A stretch of 64,000 nucleotides of DNA from an uncultured Verrucomicrobiae bacterium (GTDB taxonomy: Bacteria; Verrucomicrobiota; Verrucomicrobiia; Chthoniobacterales; JAFAMB01): the NCBI GenBank assembly GCA_963846195.1, contig CAWJVG010000015.1, positions 356 through 64,355 of the forward strand. Direction: 5' to 3'. Below the pieces are notes generated by a model, which saw only the letters and a program-made list of their open reading frames with translations, did no database searches and was not told the DNA's origin. The first letter of the stretch is position 1. Each line of letters opens with the position of its first letter. The position numbers were made by a program, and so were the translations under genes. Positions 1 to 9,324 of this stretch are shown here, piece by piece.

Positions 1-1120
1 CGCAGAAAGCGTAGCTGCCGAACCCCCCGAGGTTTTGGTGACTGACGTGGTCGCAAAAGGACGTTCCGTTGATTCGCCAGTGGGTCGGCACGCTGAATGG
101 AGTCCAGAATGCCCAGGTCCGGGCGCGCGAGACTGGATATCTCCAAACGATCGCTTACCAGCAAGGTGGTTACGTAAAAAAAGGGGATCTGTTGTTTGAG
201 ATAGATCCACGGCCTTTTGTGGCCGCTCTGGATCAGGCAAAGAGCCAATTGGCGGCGGCCCAGGCAACGTTGCTTGGAGTCGAGTTGGACGCCAAAAGGG
301 CCAAGGAGTTGTTCCAGAGCAAAGTTATTTCTGAACAGGAATACACGAACAAAACGCAGGATTACCAAACCAAATTGGCCTCGGCTGCGGCGGCGCAGGC
401 AGCGGTAGACGACGCCCAGCTTAATCTTGACCTATACGAAAATCGTTTCGCCGCTCGATGGCATCGCAGGACAGCAGCAGGCGCAGATTGGAGATTTAGT
501 TGGCTCCGGCTCCAATACGGTCTTGACGACGGTTTCCCAGATCGATCCAATTTGGTGCCTCTTCCCGATCAGTGAACAGACCTATTGGGAGTTTGCCGAC
601 CGCCTGAAAGAAATGATGGCGGTACCTGAGGACAAACGTCCGGAAAGAGTGGAACTTATCCTGCCGAATGGGAGTATCTATCCGCACAAAGGCAAGTTCG
701 CTTTTGTTGATCGCCAGGTCGATCCAGAAGACCGGGACGATTCAGATCGCCGTGACTTTTCCCAATCCTGAATTGACCCTGCGGCCCGGACAATATGCGA
801 CAGCGCGTGCCGAGATCGGCACCATTCCGAACGCGGTTTTGATTCCGCACCGGGCAATCTCCGAACTGCAAGGTGGTGATCAGGTAGGGATTGTCAACGC
901 GGACGGCAAAGCGGAGATCCGGGCGGTGACCATCGGGCAGGTGTACGGTCAATGGATCGTGATCAAGGACGGGCTGAAGGCCGGCGAAAAGGTCATCGTG
1001 GAGGGGTTTCAGAAAATCCGGCAAGGTATCCCGGTATCGGCTAAGCCGTATATTGATTCGACCAAATCCGAGGGAACTCAGGACGCTTCCGAGCAGAAAT
1101 CAACCGCCGGCCAATCCTAG
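1..1120 (+). pseudogene. RND efflux periplasmic adaptor (HlyD/MFP family); 5-prime end lies outside the window; three +1 frame breaks
   Basis: The ORF fragments 69..575, 427..771 and 668..1120, plus an upstream fragment from base ~27, join into one adaptor (VKKGDLLFEIDPRPF, coiled-coil AAQATLL..., YTKIVSPLDGIAG, TGTIQIAVTFPNPELTLRPGQY). The frame steps +1 near 53, 432 and 730. Confidence 0.8.
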
Positions 1121-1144
1121 TGTCCGGTCCTCTGGAAATCCCAA

Positions 1145-4100
1145 ATGTCGAGATTCTTCATTAATCGTCCAATCGTTGCCATGGTGATCTCCATCATCAT
1201 GGTGATCGTCGGGGTCGTCTCGTTCGTCGGTCTGCCGGTCGCTCAATATCCCAATATCGTTCCGCCTGAAATCGCCGTGAACACCACCTATGTGGGCGCA
1301 GACGCACTTAACGGTGGAACAGTCCGTCGCAACGCCCATCGAGCAGCAGATGAGCGGCGTGGATCACATGAACTACATGTACTCCCTGAATGCGAGCAAT
1401 GGGACGATGAAGTTGACGGTCAATTACGACATCAACACCGATCCGAACATCGATCAGGTGTTGACCCAGATGCGGCAATCGCAAGCCGAGTCCCAATTGC
1501 CGTCCAGTGTTCGTGATTACGGAATTACCGTGGCCAAATCGACTTCCGCGCCGCTGATGGTCATTTCGCTCTCTTCGCCATCGGGCCAGTTCGACTCCAA
1601 GTTTCTGGCCAACTATGCCTACATCAATCTGAATGACCCGATCGTTCGGGTGCCTGGTATTGCCAGCGTTTCCGTCTTCGGCGCGGGACAATATGCGCTC
1701 CGGGTCTGGGTTGATCCGAACAAGCTCGCCGCGCTGAACATCACGACGCCGGAAATCGACCAGGCACATCAGGGCTCAGAATACCGTGAACCCGGCCGGC
1801 CAGGTTGGAGGCGAACCAATCCCGCCCGGGCAAGCCTTTACGAATACGGTTCTGGCGCAGGGACGTTTGGTGACGGAGGAACAGTTCGGCAACATCGTGA
1901 TCCGGGCAGAACCCAACGGTGCATTCGTGCGTGTCAGAGATGTTGGGCGCGTCGAACTCGGGTCTCAGACCTACTCGATGACCAGCACTTTCAACGGCAA
2001 ACCCGCTGCAGTTCTTGCCATTTATCAGTTGCCCGGTTCCAACGCCGTGGACGCCGCCAAGGGCGTCAGGCAATTGATGACGCAGCTCAAAGATCGATTC
2101 CCTTCCGGAATCGACCTATTCCATTTCTCTGGACACTACTCTCGCCGTCACCGCCGGGATGGAGGAAATTTACAAGACTCTGGCGGAAGCGATGCTTCTC
2201 GTCATCCTCGTGGTGTTCGTTTTTCTCCAAGGTTGGCGAGCGACTCTCATCCCTTTGTGTGCCGTCCCGGTTTCGCTGGTCAGCACATTTGCAGTGTTTC
2301 CTCTGCTAGGATTTTCGGTCAACACGTTGTCCCTGCTCGGACTGGTGCTGGCTATCGGTCTGGTGGTCGATGACGCAATCGTTGTCGTTGAAGCGGTCGA
2401 ACACCACATCGAACATGGCCTGTCGCCAAGAGATGCCGCGCTCAAGGCGATGGAAGAAGTTTCCGGACCGGTGATGGCGATCGCGCTCATTCTGGCCGCA
2501 GTGTTTATCCCGACCGCCTTCATTCCGGGAATCACGGGCCGGCTTGTATCAGCAGTTTGCGGTGACGATTGCCGTTTCCGTTATTTTCTCGGCGTTCAAT
2601 GCTCTGACCTTGAGCCCCGCGCTGGCAGCACTGCTTTTGCGGCCCAAGAAAGAGTCCCGCGGGCCGTTGGGCTTTTTCTTCAGGGGATTCAACAAAGTCT
2701 TCGGATCGGCGACCAACGGTTATGTTGGTGTTTGTCGCCATTTGATGCGACACGGTATTTTCTGCATTTTATTTTTAATCCTGGTCATGGTGGCATCGGG
2801 TTGGCTTGGTGGAAAGATTCCGTCCGGATTCGTTCCGATTGAAGATCAGGGGTATCTTTATGCCAATCTAACGCTGCCCGACGCCTCATCTCTGCAAAGA
2901 ACCGCGGCCGCGACCCAGCAGGTCACGGACATTCTCCGAAAGACGCCTGGCGTGCAGGATGTGACATCGATTTCGGGATTCAGTCTGCTGAGCGGCGTCA
3001 ACACTACCTACAACGGATTTTTCTTTGTCACCTTGAAGCCGTGGAAAAAGCGCGCTGATGTCCAGGAGCAATTGAGGGCCATGATGACCAATGCCAACGG
3101 CGCGCTCGCGAAAATTCCGGAGGGTACGGCCTTCGTTTTCCCGCCGCCTGCTGTCCCCGGGATTGGGGCGTCCGGAGGTGTGACGTTCCTTTTAGAAGAT
3201 CGCGCCGGAATGGACGTCGACTTTCTGGGTCAACAGACTCAGAAATTCATCGAGGCCGCCAGGAAACGCCCCGAGATTGCCAGGATCACCACCACGCTTT
3301 TGCCAAGCGTTCCTCAGTTTTATCTGGATGTCGATCAAGACAAAGTCCTGAAGCAAGGCGTGCAACTTTCCGATGTCTATAAAGCCGTCCAGGTTTTCAT
3401 GGGCGGTTCGTTTGTCAATTATTTCAACCGGTTCGGACGGACTTGGCAGGTCTACCTGCAGGCAGATGGACCATTCCGCACCAAGCCCGAGGATGTCGGC
3501 CGAGTTCTACGTGCGCAACAATAACGGCGATCCAGTCCCTCTTTCGGCGTTGACGCGAATCGAGCGGCGCTTTGGGCCGGAGTTTACGATGCGCTACAAT
3601 CTGCATCGATGTGCCCAAATCAACGTGAACGGAAAGGAGAGCTACAGCTCCTACCAGGTCATGGCAGCGCTCGAGGATGTGTTTGCCAAGACGATGCCCA
3701 AGGAAATGGGCTTCGACTACAAGGATATGTCCTTCCAGGAACAGCAAGCGCAAAAAGGGGTTCCGCCTACCGTGATCTTCGGGCTATCTCTGCTCTTCGT
3801 CTTCTTGATTCTGGCCGCCCAATATGAAAGTTGGTCATTGCCGTTCAGCGTCCTTCTCTCTACGCCGATTGCCGTGCTGGGAGCATTTGTCGCGCTGATC
3901 GCAAGACTCTTCGGAGAGAACGTTTACGGTCATAGTTCGATCATCTTCGAGAACAACGTGTACGCGCAAATTGGTTTGGTCATGCTCATTGGGCTGGCCG
4001 CAAAAAATGCGATCCTGATCGTTGAATTTTCCAAGGCCGAGTACGAAAAAGGGACGCCCATCCTGGATGCGGCGTTGGCTGGTGCCCGGTTGCGCCTTCG

Positions 4101-4326
4101 TCCGATTCTGATGACGGCTTTTGCGTTCATCCTCGGCTGCGTGCCTCTGTGGGCGGCTTCCGGTTCGGGCGCCGCGTCGAGGCAAATCCTGGGTACGACA
4201 GTGATCGGCGGGATGCTGGCTGCGACGTTCGTCGCGATCTTCCTTATCCCGGCGATGTTTTACTTAGTAGAGCGAATGACCCATCGAAACGGAGGTGGCA
4301 AACACGAAGCGAGCCTCTGTCGATAA
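1145..4326 (+). pseudogene. RND/HAE1 inner-membrane efflux pump (AcrB/MexB-like) with five +1 frame breaks
   Basis: Six overlapping ORF fragments (1145, 1290, 1786, 2159, 2544, 3373) read colinearly as one AcrB-type protein (MSRFFINRPIVAMVISI..., [51 protein letters not shown]). The length is 3n+5. Breaks are near 1310, 1767, 2116, 2546 and 3504. Confidence 0.9.
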
Positions 4327-4592
4327 AGTCGACGCCTCGTTGCCGGCGTGAGCCAGAGCGTGTCGGCGTGCGGAGAACGTCGCTCTGGGCGAAGGCGAGA
4401 CAGGCCACATTGCCCTTCAGACGGCTCAATTCAAAGTTTTGACTTGTGTTCTAATTCAGATGAGGGACTATATCGATGTTCGTTTGTTTTTGTTCATAGC
4501 GCGGTAGATCGTCGGTTGAATTTCTCAAAGGTGATTTGAAACCCGGTTCCCGGGAACGGCTTTGTAGCTGGCATTCGTTCTATCACCAAACC

Positions 4593-4874
4593 ATGAAACT
4601 CTACGTAGGAAATCTTTCCTTTAGTACCACTGATCCTGATCTGAAGGATCTGTTCGCACAGTACGGAACTGTAACCGATGTGCACCTCGTCACCGATCGC
4701 ATGACCGGCAAATCCCGCGGCTTCGCGTTCGTCACCATGAGCAGCGTTGCCGAAGGCAAAGCGGCGATTGCCGCCCTCGAAGGCAAGAACCTCGATGGCC
4801 GCAATCTTACCGTGAATGAAGCCCGTCCGAAGGACGAAGGGTCGAAGCGAACGTTCACGAAGTCACGCTGGTAA
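4593..4874 (+). CDS. RRM-type RNA-binding protein (glycine-poor, about 93 aa)
   Basis: The RNP2 motif is KLYVGNLSF and the RNP1 motif is [11 protein letters not shown] placed the start at the internal ATG of ORF 4536..4874. Confidence 0.85.
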   Translation: MKLYVGNLSFSTTDPDLKDLFAQYGTVTDVHLVTDRMTGKSRGFAFVTMSSVAEGKAAIAALEGKNLDGRNLTVNEARPKDEGSKRTFTKSRW

Positions 4875-5037
4875 CCACACACCAGTTTGCAGCAGGCGGG
4901 TGTCGTCAAAGAGCCTGCCTGTTTGTCTAGCCGTTCCAATCAAGGAATGGCAAATGCATTCGCCGTCTCCTTTCAGGCAGACGGCGAGTTGTTTCACAAG
5001 ATCCTCTAGACCTGTCTGCCAGCTATATAAAAAACCC

Positions 5038-5253
5038 ATGCCTACCGAGAGCTCGATCGTTGTCGAAGGTAAAATCACTTCTGTCCTCCCTGGAACTATG
5101 TTTCGCGTGGAGCTTTCCAACAAACATCTCGTCCTTGCCCATATCTCGGGAAAGATGAGAAAACGCTTTATACGTTTGACAGTCGGGGATCGGGTGAAGA
5201 TGGAGATGTCCCCTTACGATGTCACGAAGGCACGTATTGTTTACCGGCTCTGA
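5038..5253 (+). CDS. infA: translation initiation factor IF-1
   Basis: The 71 aa S1-like protein reads [71 protein letters not shown]. Confidence 0.9.
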   Translation: MPTESSIVVEGKITSVLPGTMFRVELSNKHLVLAHISGKMRKRFIRLTVGDRVKMEMSPYDVTKARIVYRL

Positions 5254-5276
5254 CCAGAGGTTCCATACTAAGGGAA

Positions 5277-5322
5277 AGCGTCCTCGCTTCGCTTCGGTTC
5301 TCGACAGCAGAGCGAGGACGCT
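5277..5322. terminator. 12 bp-stem hairpin between convergent infA and the phosphoesterase gene; possible bidirectional terminator
   Basis: agcgtcctcgct (5277-5288) pairs with agcgaggacgct (5311-5322). There is no clear U tract. The sequence is related to the GCAAAGCG hairpin family. Confidence 0.3.
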
Positions 5323-5340
5323 TCGCATACATCCATTTGT

Positions 5341-6378
5341 TCAGCCAAACCCCTTGGCTTCGGCAATCTGTGAGATTGGGCAAACTGTGGTTAATCTCAT
5401 ACAGCTGCTTTCCAGCCGTAGGGTCGATAATCCGACGCTAAAATTGCCGTCGCTGCTCAGATCGAGCACCAGCAAGCCCTCCGGGCAGCCCTTTTGTGCT
5501 CCTTTCCACCAATTCCCGCAAATCGCGCCGCTGTTTAGATAAGTAACGCCATCGATTTGAATCTGCTCCAAATGATGCAGGTGACCGGCAAGTACGAGTT
5601 TTACATTTGCCTTGTTCTCGCCGCTAAGCACGTTGTGCAACTCAGAAGCATTGCGCGTTAACAGAGAACCTGGGGTCTCGATATTCGCACCGTTGGTTTT
5701 GATCTCGCCGCAAACACTCAGGTTGGGCAGCACGGAAACCGAAGGAATGTGGCCGCATAGAATAGTCGGCATTTGAGGGTCTGTCCGTAGTTCACTCCGC
5801 AAAAACTCGAGCTGTTCCGCGGCAAATTCTCCGACGTACGATCCATCCGGTTCCGGCAGCACATCGTCGAGCACGATGAATCGCCACCCTCCTTTTCGAA
5901 ACGAGTAGAAATTGTGTTCCAGTGCAAGGCGCATGCGATACAGCCCTTTCCCGAACCTTGGATCATCACGGTTAACCGATGCGTTTTTGGTTCCTACAAG
6001 ATCATGATTTCCGAAGGTAAAAAATGTTGGCAAGTCCGTGTGGTCTTTCCAAATCTTTAGAAAGCGATCGATAAGTTGCTCAGCTGCCGGAAAATCGAGT
6101 AGCGGCGATTCGTGTGTGAGATCCCCTCCGAAGAGGATTATATCGGGCTGCGGCTTCAGGCTTCCAATAGCAAGCAGGGCCGCTGTGAGGCCATCTTCGG
6201 AACGAAGCTGATTGTTGACCATCACGTGAGAATCTGTCGCGAAAATGACTCGTAACACGCTGCCGGGTGGCGGGTCTGAGGCCCCTCCATGTGCTGTTCT
6301 CAAACCGGCTGTTAATCCTCCCGCGATCATCGCGGCACGGGAAACGAATTCTCGACGAGATACTTTAAAGTTAGCCAT
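5341..6378 (-). CDS. calcineurin-like metallophosphoesterase with a twin-arginine signal
   Basis: The N-terminus MANFKVSRREFVSRAAMIAGGLTAG is a Tat motif. Motifs FATDSH, GGDLTHE, GNHD and GHLH are present. The upstream 99 codons of ORF 5341..6675 run through repeat DNA and I excluded them. Confidence 0.8.
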   Translation of the reverse strand: MANFKVSRREFVSRAAMIAGGLTAGLRTAHGGASDPPPGSVLRVIFATDSHVMVNNQLRSEDGLTAALLAIGSLKPQPDIILFGGDLTHESPLLDFPAAEQLIDRFLKIWKDHTDLPTFFTFGNHDLVGTKNASVNRDDPRFGKGLYRMRLALEHNFYSFRKGGWRFIVLDDVLPEPDGSYVGEFAAEQLEFLRSELRTDPQMPTILCGHIPSVSVLPNLSVCGEIKTNGANIETPGSLLTRNASELHNVLSGENKANVKLVLAGHLHHLEQIQIDGVTYLNSGAICGNWWKGAQKGCPEGLLVLDLSSDGNFSVGLSTLRLESSCMRLTTVCPISQIAEAKGFG

Positions 6379-6461
6379 TTTAATGTGGGTCGTTCGTTCC
6401 CACTTGTTCCTTCTGCCAGACAATATCGACCCGGTGTGCTTGTTCAACTTTGGCAAAAGCA

Positions 6462-6660
6462 GTAAGCAAAGCGTCCCGCTTTGCCCTCTTCTCCCTCCAC
6501 CAAACCGGGAAGATTCGCCTATATGCCTCAAGCCTTTGCAGCGTGTTGGTCCCCAAAATTTCGTAATCGACCTCGAACTCGTCCTCGTCCTCGGTTTGCA
6601 TTCTATCCAGCAGTCATTGGGGCCCGTAAGCAAAGCGTCTCGCCTTATTCTGGAGTTTGG
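6462..6660. repeat. Composite intergenic repeat, copy A (GCAAAGCG hairpin + conserved spacer + TCGTAATCG/CTCGTCCTCG arm)
   Basis: Aligns base for base with 7553..7690 (gcaaagcgtcccgctttgcc.tcttctccctcc.ccaaaccgggaagattcgccta.atgcctcaagcctttgc.gcgtgtt.atccccaaaa.ttcgtaatcga.ctcgaactcgtcctcg) in the same orientation. Confidence 0.8.
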
Positions 6661-6737
6661 ACATTTCGCCGCCATTTGCGCGGTTGGATCTAAAGCTTGG
6701 GCTATGCGTAGCTAAAGCGTTATAAATGGGCCGCTGC

Positions 6738-7433
6738 GGCCCGAGGGCCAGGAGAACTTAGCCCAGGCTTTAGCCTGGTTTAGATCAAAAAACCCCGTTC
6801 CGCCCTGTAGCTGTAGGGGCGTGAGGCCGGCCTCCGATGGCAAACATCCTGCATCGCGGGAGCGTTTTCCACCGCCCCTGTAGCTTCAGGGCGGCCGTCG
6901 CTACGAAATTAACCCAGGCTAAAGCCCATGCGCGTCAACTTAGTTAACGGCTGCACGCCGAAGGCGTAAGAGAACTTAGCCCAGGGTGGAGCGAAGCGGA
7001 ACCCTGGGTATTTCGAATGAATATGCACACCGCTCTGAAGGAGCCGAAGAGACGAACCCCGAGTCGCAGACTATCGCCGGCGCTATGGAAATACCGAGCG
7101 ACACGGTTATGTTATGCTTGAGCTTGGGCTCGCGGCCACGCTCCTTCGGCGCTTAAGAGTTTTGTTTAGGTGTTTAAGTTGAAGAGAATGTGATTATAGA
7201 TGAGAATAGATATAGGTTTAGAATAAACTATAAAGAGTGTGAAATATCGTCTAATTCTGCAACTCCTGAATTCGTGCTACTCCAGCAATTTTTTTTTCAC
7301 TACCCAGGGTTCCGCTACGCTCCACCCTGGGCTAAGCTCCCACGCGCCTTCGGCGCTTAAGACTCGCGTTTAGGCGCTTAAGTTGACGCGCATGGGCTTT
7401 AGCCTGGGCTATGCTTTCTTGGCCCTTCAGGCC
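6738..7433. repeat. Nested long imperfect inverted repeat (arms about 6911-7010 and 7301-7410; outer arms 6738-6767 and 7403-7433) around a roughly 290 bp core
   Basis: The reverse complement of 7301-7410 matches 6911-7010 (aacccaggctaaagcccatgcgcgtcaactta...cgccgaaggcg...cttagcccagggtggagcg.agcggaaccctgggta). The track shows no ORF of 60 aa or more within 6716..7398. Confidence 0.75.
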
Positions 7434-7537
7434 GTACCCCTTCGGCGCAAAAAGGGCCGTTAGCCAAGTCAGGCAGGCCGGTATTGATTGAGAAGACGTT
7501 TCGAAAAAGCGTTGGCGAACGCGCGAGTATTCTTCCT

Positions 7538-7793
7538 AAATGTCCAAACTCCAGAGCAAAGCGTCCCGCTTTGCCTTCTTCTCCCTCCGCCAAACCGGGA
7601 AGATTCGCCTAGATGCCTCAAGCCTTTGCCGCGTGTTGATCCCCAAAAATTCGTAATCGAACTCGAACTCGTCCTCGGTTTGTTTCTGCCCAAGCAGCCA
7701 ATTGGGGTTACTGTAGACCGTGTTTTTCAGCGAATTGGCAGTTTGATCTGGCCCCAGAAGCGAGGACGACGACGAGGACGAGGACGATTACGA
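7538..7793. repeat. Composite intergenic repeat, copy B (full length, with both GAGGAC/GATTACGA arms)
   Basis: The left half matches copy A and the right half matches copy C. The arms tcgtaatcgaactcgaactcgtcctcgg and cgaggacgacgacgaggacgaggacgattacga are inverted. Confidence 0.8.
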
Positions 7794-7871
7794 CTAGTCA
7801 AAAAGGGGTAGGTCAGTTTAGGCGGACCTTCGCCCTCTCCGTATAGTGTGCGTCAAGCCGTATGGCGAGCC

Positions 7872-8339
7872 TCAATCCTTCGTCGGAGAGGATACGGTGG
7901 ACGCAGAGAATTTCGGAGTGCGGCCTTCATCTGCGTCGTGCAAGTCCACGTAAGTCTGGATGTCGTCGCGATGTGCGAATCCATTCAACTCTTTTTCGAC
8001 GATCAGACCGGGAGCGCCGTCGTCTCGCCAACCCCGCTTGATGATAAAAGAATTCCAAACCAGGATTTGTTCCGGATTCGGACGCTTTCTGCCTTGGAAA
8101 CACCATTCCAGCAACTCTTCGTTCGTTCCGCCTTCGAGGGTCCTTGCTGCCAGTTGATCGTAATCGACCTCCCAGAATCGGCAGAAGCGTGCATCAAAGC
8201 ACGTAGGATCCGAGAAGCCCAAATTATAGCCATCGGGCAAAAGGTCCCGTGCGTTAAGTCGGATTTTGTCCAGCATGCGGGCGAAGAATAGAATGCCAGA
8301 CGTTTCCACGTAGTCGCTGCAAGGGGTTTGATCTTTCAT
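7872..8339 (-). CDS. DUF5069-like protein
   Basis: The 155 aa protein reads MKDQTPCSDYVETSGILFFARMLDKIRLNARDLLPDGYNLGF...EELLEWC...WNSF. I recall this pattern as DUF5069. The upstream part of ORF 7872..8687 is repeat-derived and I excluded it. Confidence 0.65.
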   Translation of the reverse strand: MKDQTPCSDYVETSGILFFARMLDKIRLNARDLLPDGYNLGFSDPTCFDARFCRFWEVDYDQLAARTLEGGTNEELLEWCFQGRKRPNPEQILVWNSFIIKRGWRDDGAPGLIVEKELNGFAHRDDIQTYVDLHDADEGRTPKFSASTVSSPTKD

Positions 8340-8404
8340 ATTATGTACTGGTGAGGGTGTCTCGCGGCAGTTTCGTGGCAAGTGGGGGGATGTTATTTTC
8401 CGTA

Positions 8405-8544
8405 AAATTCGTAATCGTCCTCGAACTCGTCCTCGTCCTCGGTTTGTATTCAGTTCAGCAGCCCAATTGGGACCCTGTAGAGTGTTTTTCAGCGAATTGG
8501 CAGTTTGATCGGCCCCAGAAGCGAGGACGAGGACGATTACGATT
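8405..8544. repeat. GAGGAC/GATTACGA-armed palindromic repeat, copy C
   Basis: ttcgtaatcgtcctcgaactcgtcctcgtcctcgg ...(about 90 nt, matches copy B)... cgaggacgaggacgattacgatt. It fills the spacer between the DUF2270 and DUF5069 genes and contains the DUF2270 stop codon. Confidence 0.8.
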
Positions 8545-9214
8545 GGAGAGGGTGCTGCTCGACCCTGCCGACGGCCCGCTGTCCTTTCAGAGTGAGAAGC
8601 GCAAGCGCCAGTAATCCGGCGTGAAAGAGAAACCCGCAGCTTACCACGACTTGACCGGGGATAGGGCCGATGGCGGCGTGCTGCCACAAATCCTCGAGTG
8701 ATCCAATCGGGCTCGGATGAACACAGATTTTGGTTACGTAACTGACCGCCTGGACGCCGAACATAAAGGAATAATTTCGGCGCAACCGCCGCCCCATGGC
8801 CTCCAGGAAGGTGATATGGAACCGGAGATTCTTGTAGTCGCTGGCCAGCTCCAGATTCCAGCCGCTATCGACCCGCACGCCTTCGCCTCGCAGGATCGGT
8901 CCGTAGAGGCCGGTTTCCATCATGCGCACGCGGGTGCGCCAGATATCAAAATAGCGGTAGCGGCGAGCTTCAATGGAAAGAAACACCAGGGACATCAAGG
9001 CGACCAGTACAAGCGGGAGCGGTGAATTGCCAGGGCTGCTGAAGGACACCGAGAGTGCGATACCCGTCGTGGCTACCGCCCAGTTGGTCGTCGCATCGAG
9101 GCGGGTTCGCCAGATTTTGCTACGGTACATCTCGCCTCTATACAGATGCGCCAGCAGGCCGAGTTCGGCCGGGTTAAATGGATTCTCCTGTTTGGGATTT
9201 TCCGGCGCACTCAT
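8537..9214 (-). CDS. DUF2270-like integral membrane protein
   Basis: The 225 aa protein has motifs HLYRGEMYRSKIWRTRLDATTNWAV and EARRYRYFDIWRTRVRMME and predicted TM segments. Confidence 0.65.
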   Translation of the reverse strand: MSAPENPKQENPFNPAELGLLAHLYRGEMYRSKIWRTRLDATTNWAVATTGIALSVSFSSPGNSPLPLVLVALMSLVFLSIEARRYRYFDIWRTRVRMMETGLYGPILRGEGVRVDSGWNLELASDYKNLRFHITFLEAMGRRLRRNYSFMFGVQAVSYVTKICVHPSPIGSLEDLWQHAAIGPIPGQVVVSCGFLFHAGLLALALLTLKGQRAVGRVEQHPLQS

Positions 9215-9324
9215 AAGCCTGTTTGCGTTCGAGAGGAGAAATCTTTTTCAGCTTGATGAAACGCAGGTGAGGCTGTCAATCCCATTCCGGTCGTCGCGGG
9301 GAACGCGAAAATATCGCAAGCACT

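Noticed and set aside
1-4326. Programmed ribosomal frameshifting or transcriptional slippage as the explanation for the +1 breaks
   Set aside because: Eight breaks in one operon is implausible for programmed events. The sites share no slippery heptamer or common stimulatory structure, and only two share GAC-C-TAT.
6379-6675. N-terminal 99-codon extension of the phosphoesterase ORF, and the analogous extensions 8340..8687, 50133..50165 and 57520..57690
   Set aside because: The extensions run through intergenic repeat DNA (the same peptide-like strings such as GRRGQSGTLC recur from the repeats). In each case a downstream Met gives a protein with a proper N-terminus (Tat signal, UvrB or FolK consensus).
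7399-7811. Several 64-107 aa ORFs in the repeat island (7399..7593, 7469..7693, 7488..7811) and 8351..8614
   Set aside because: They are made of repeat modules that also occur in other orientations and frames elsewhere, so they are low-complexity read-through.
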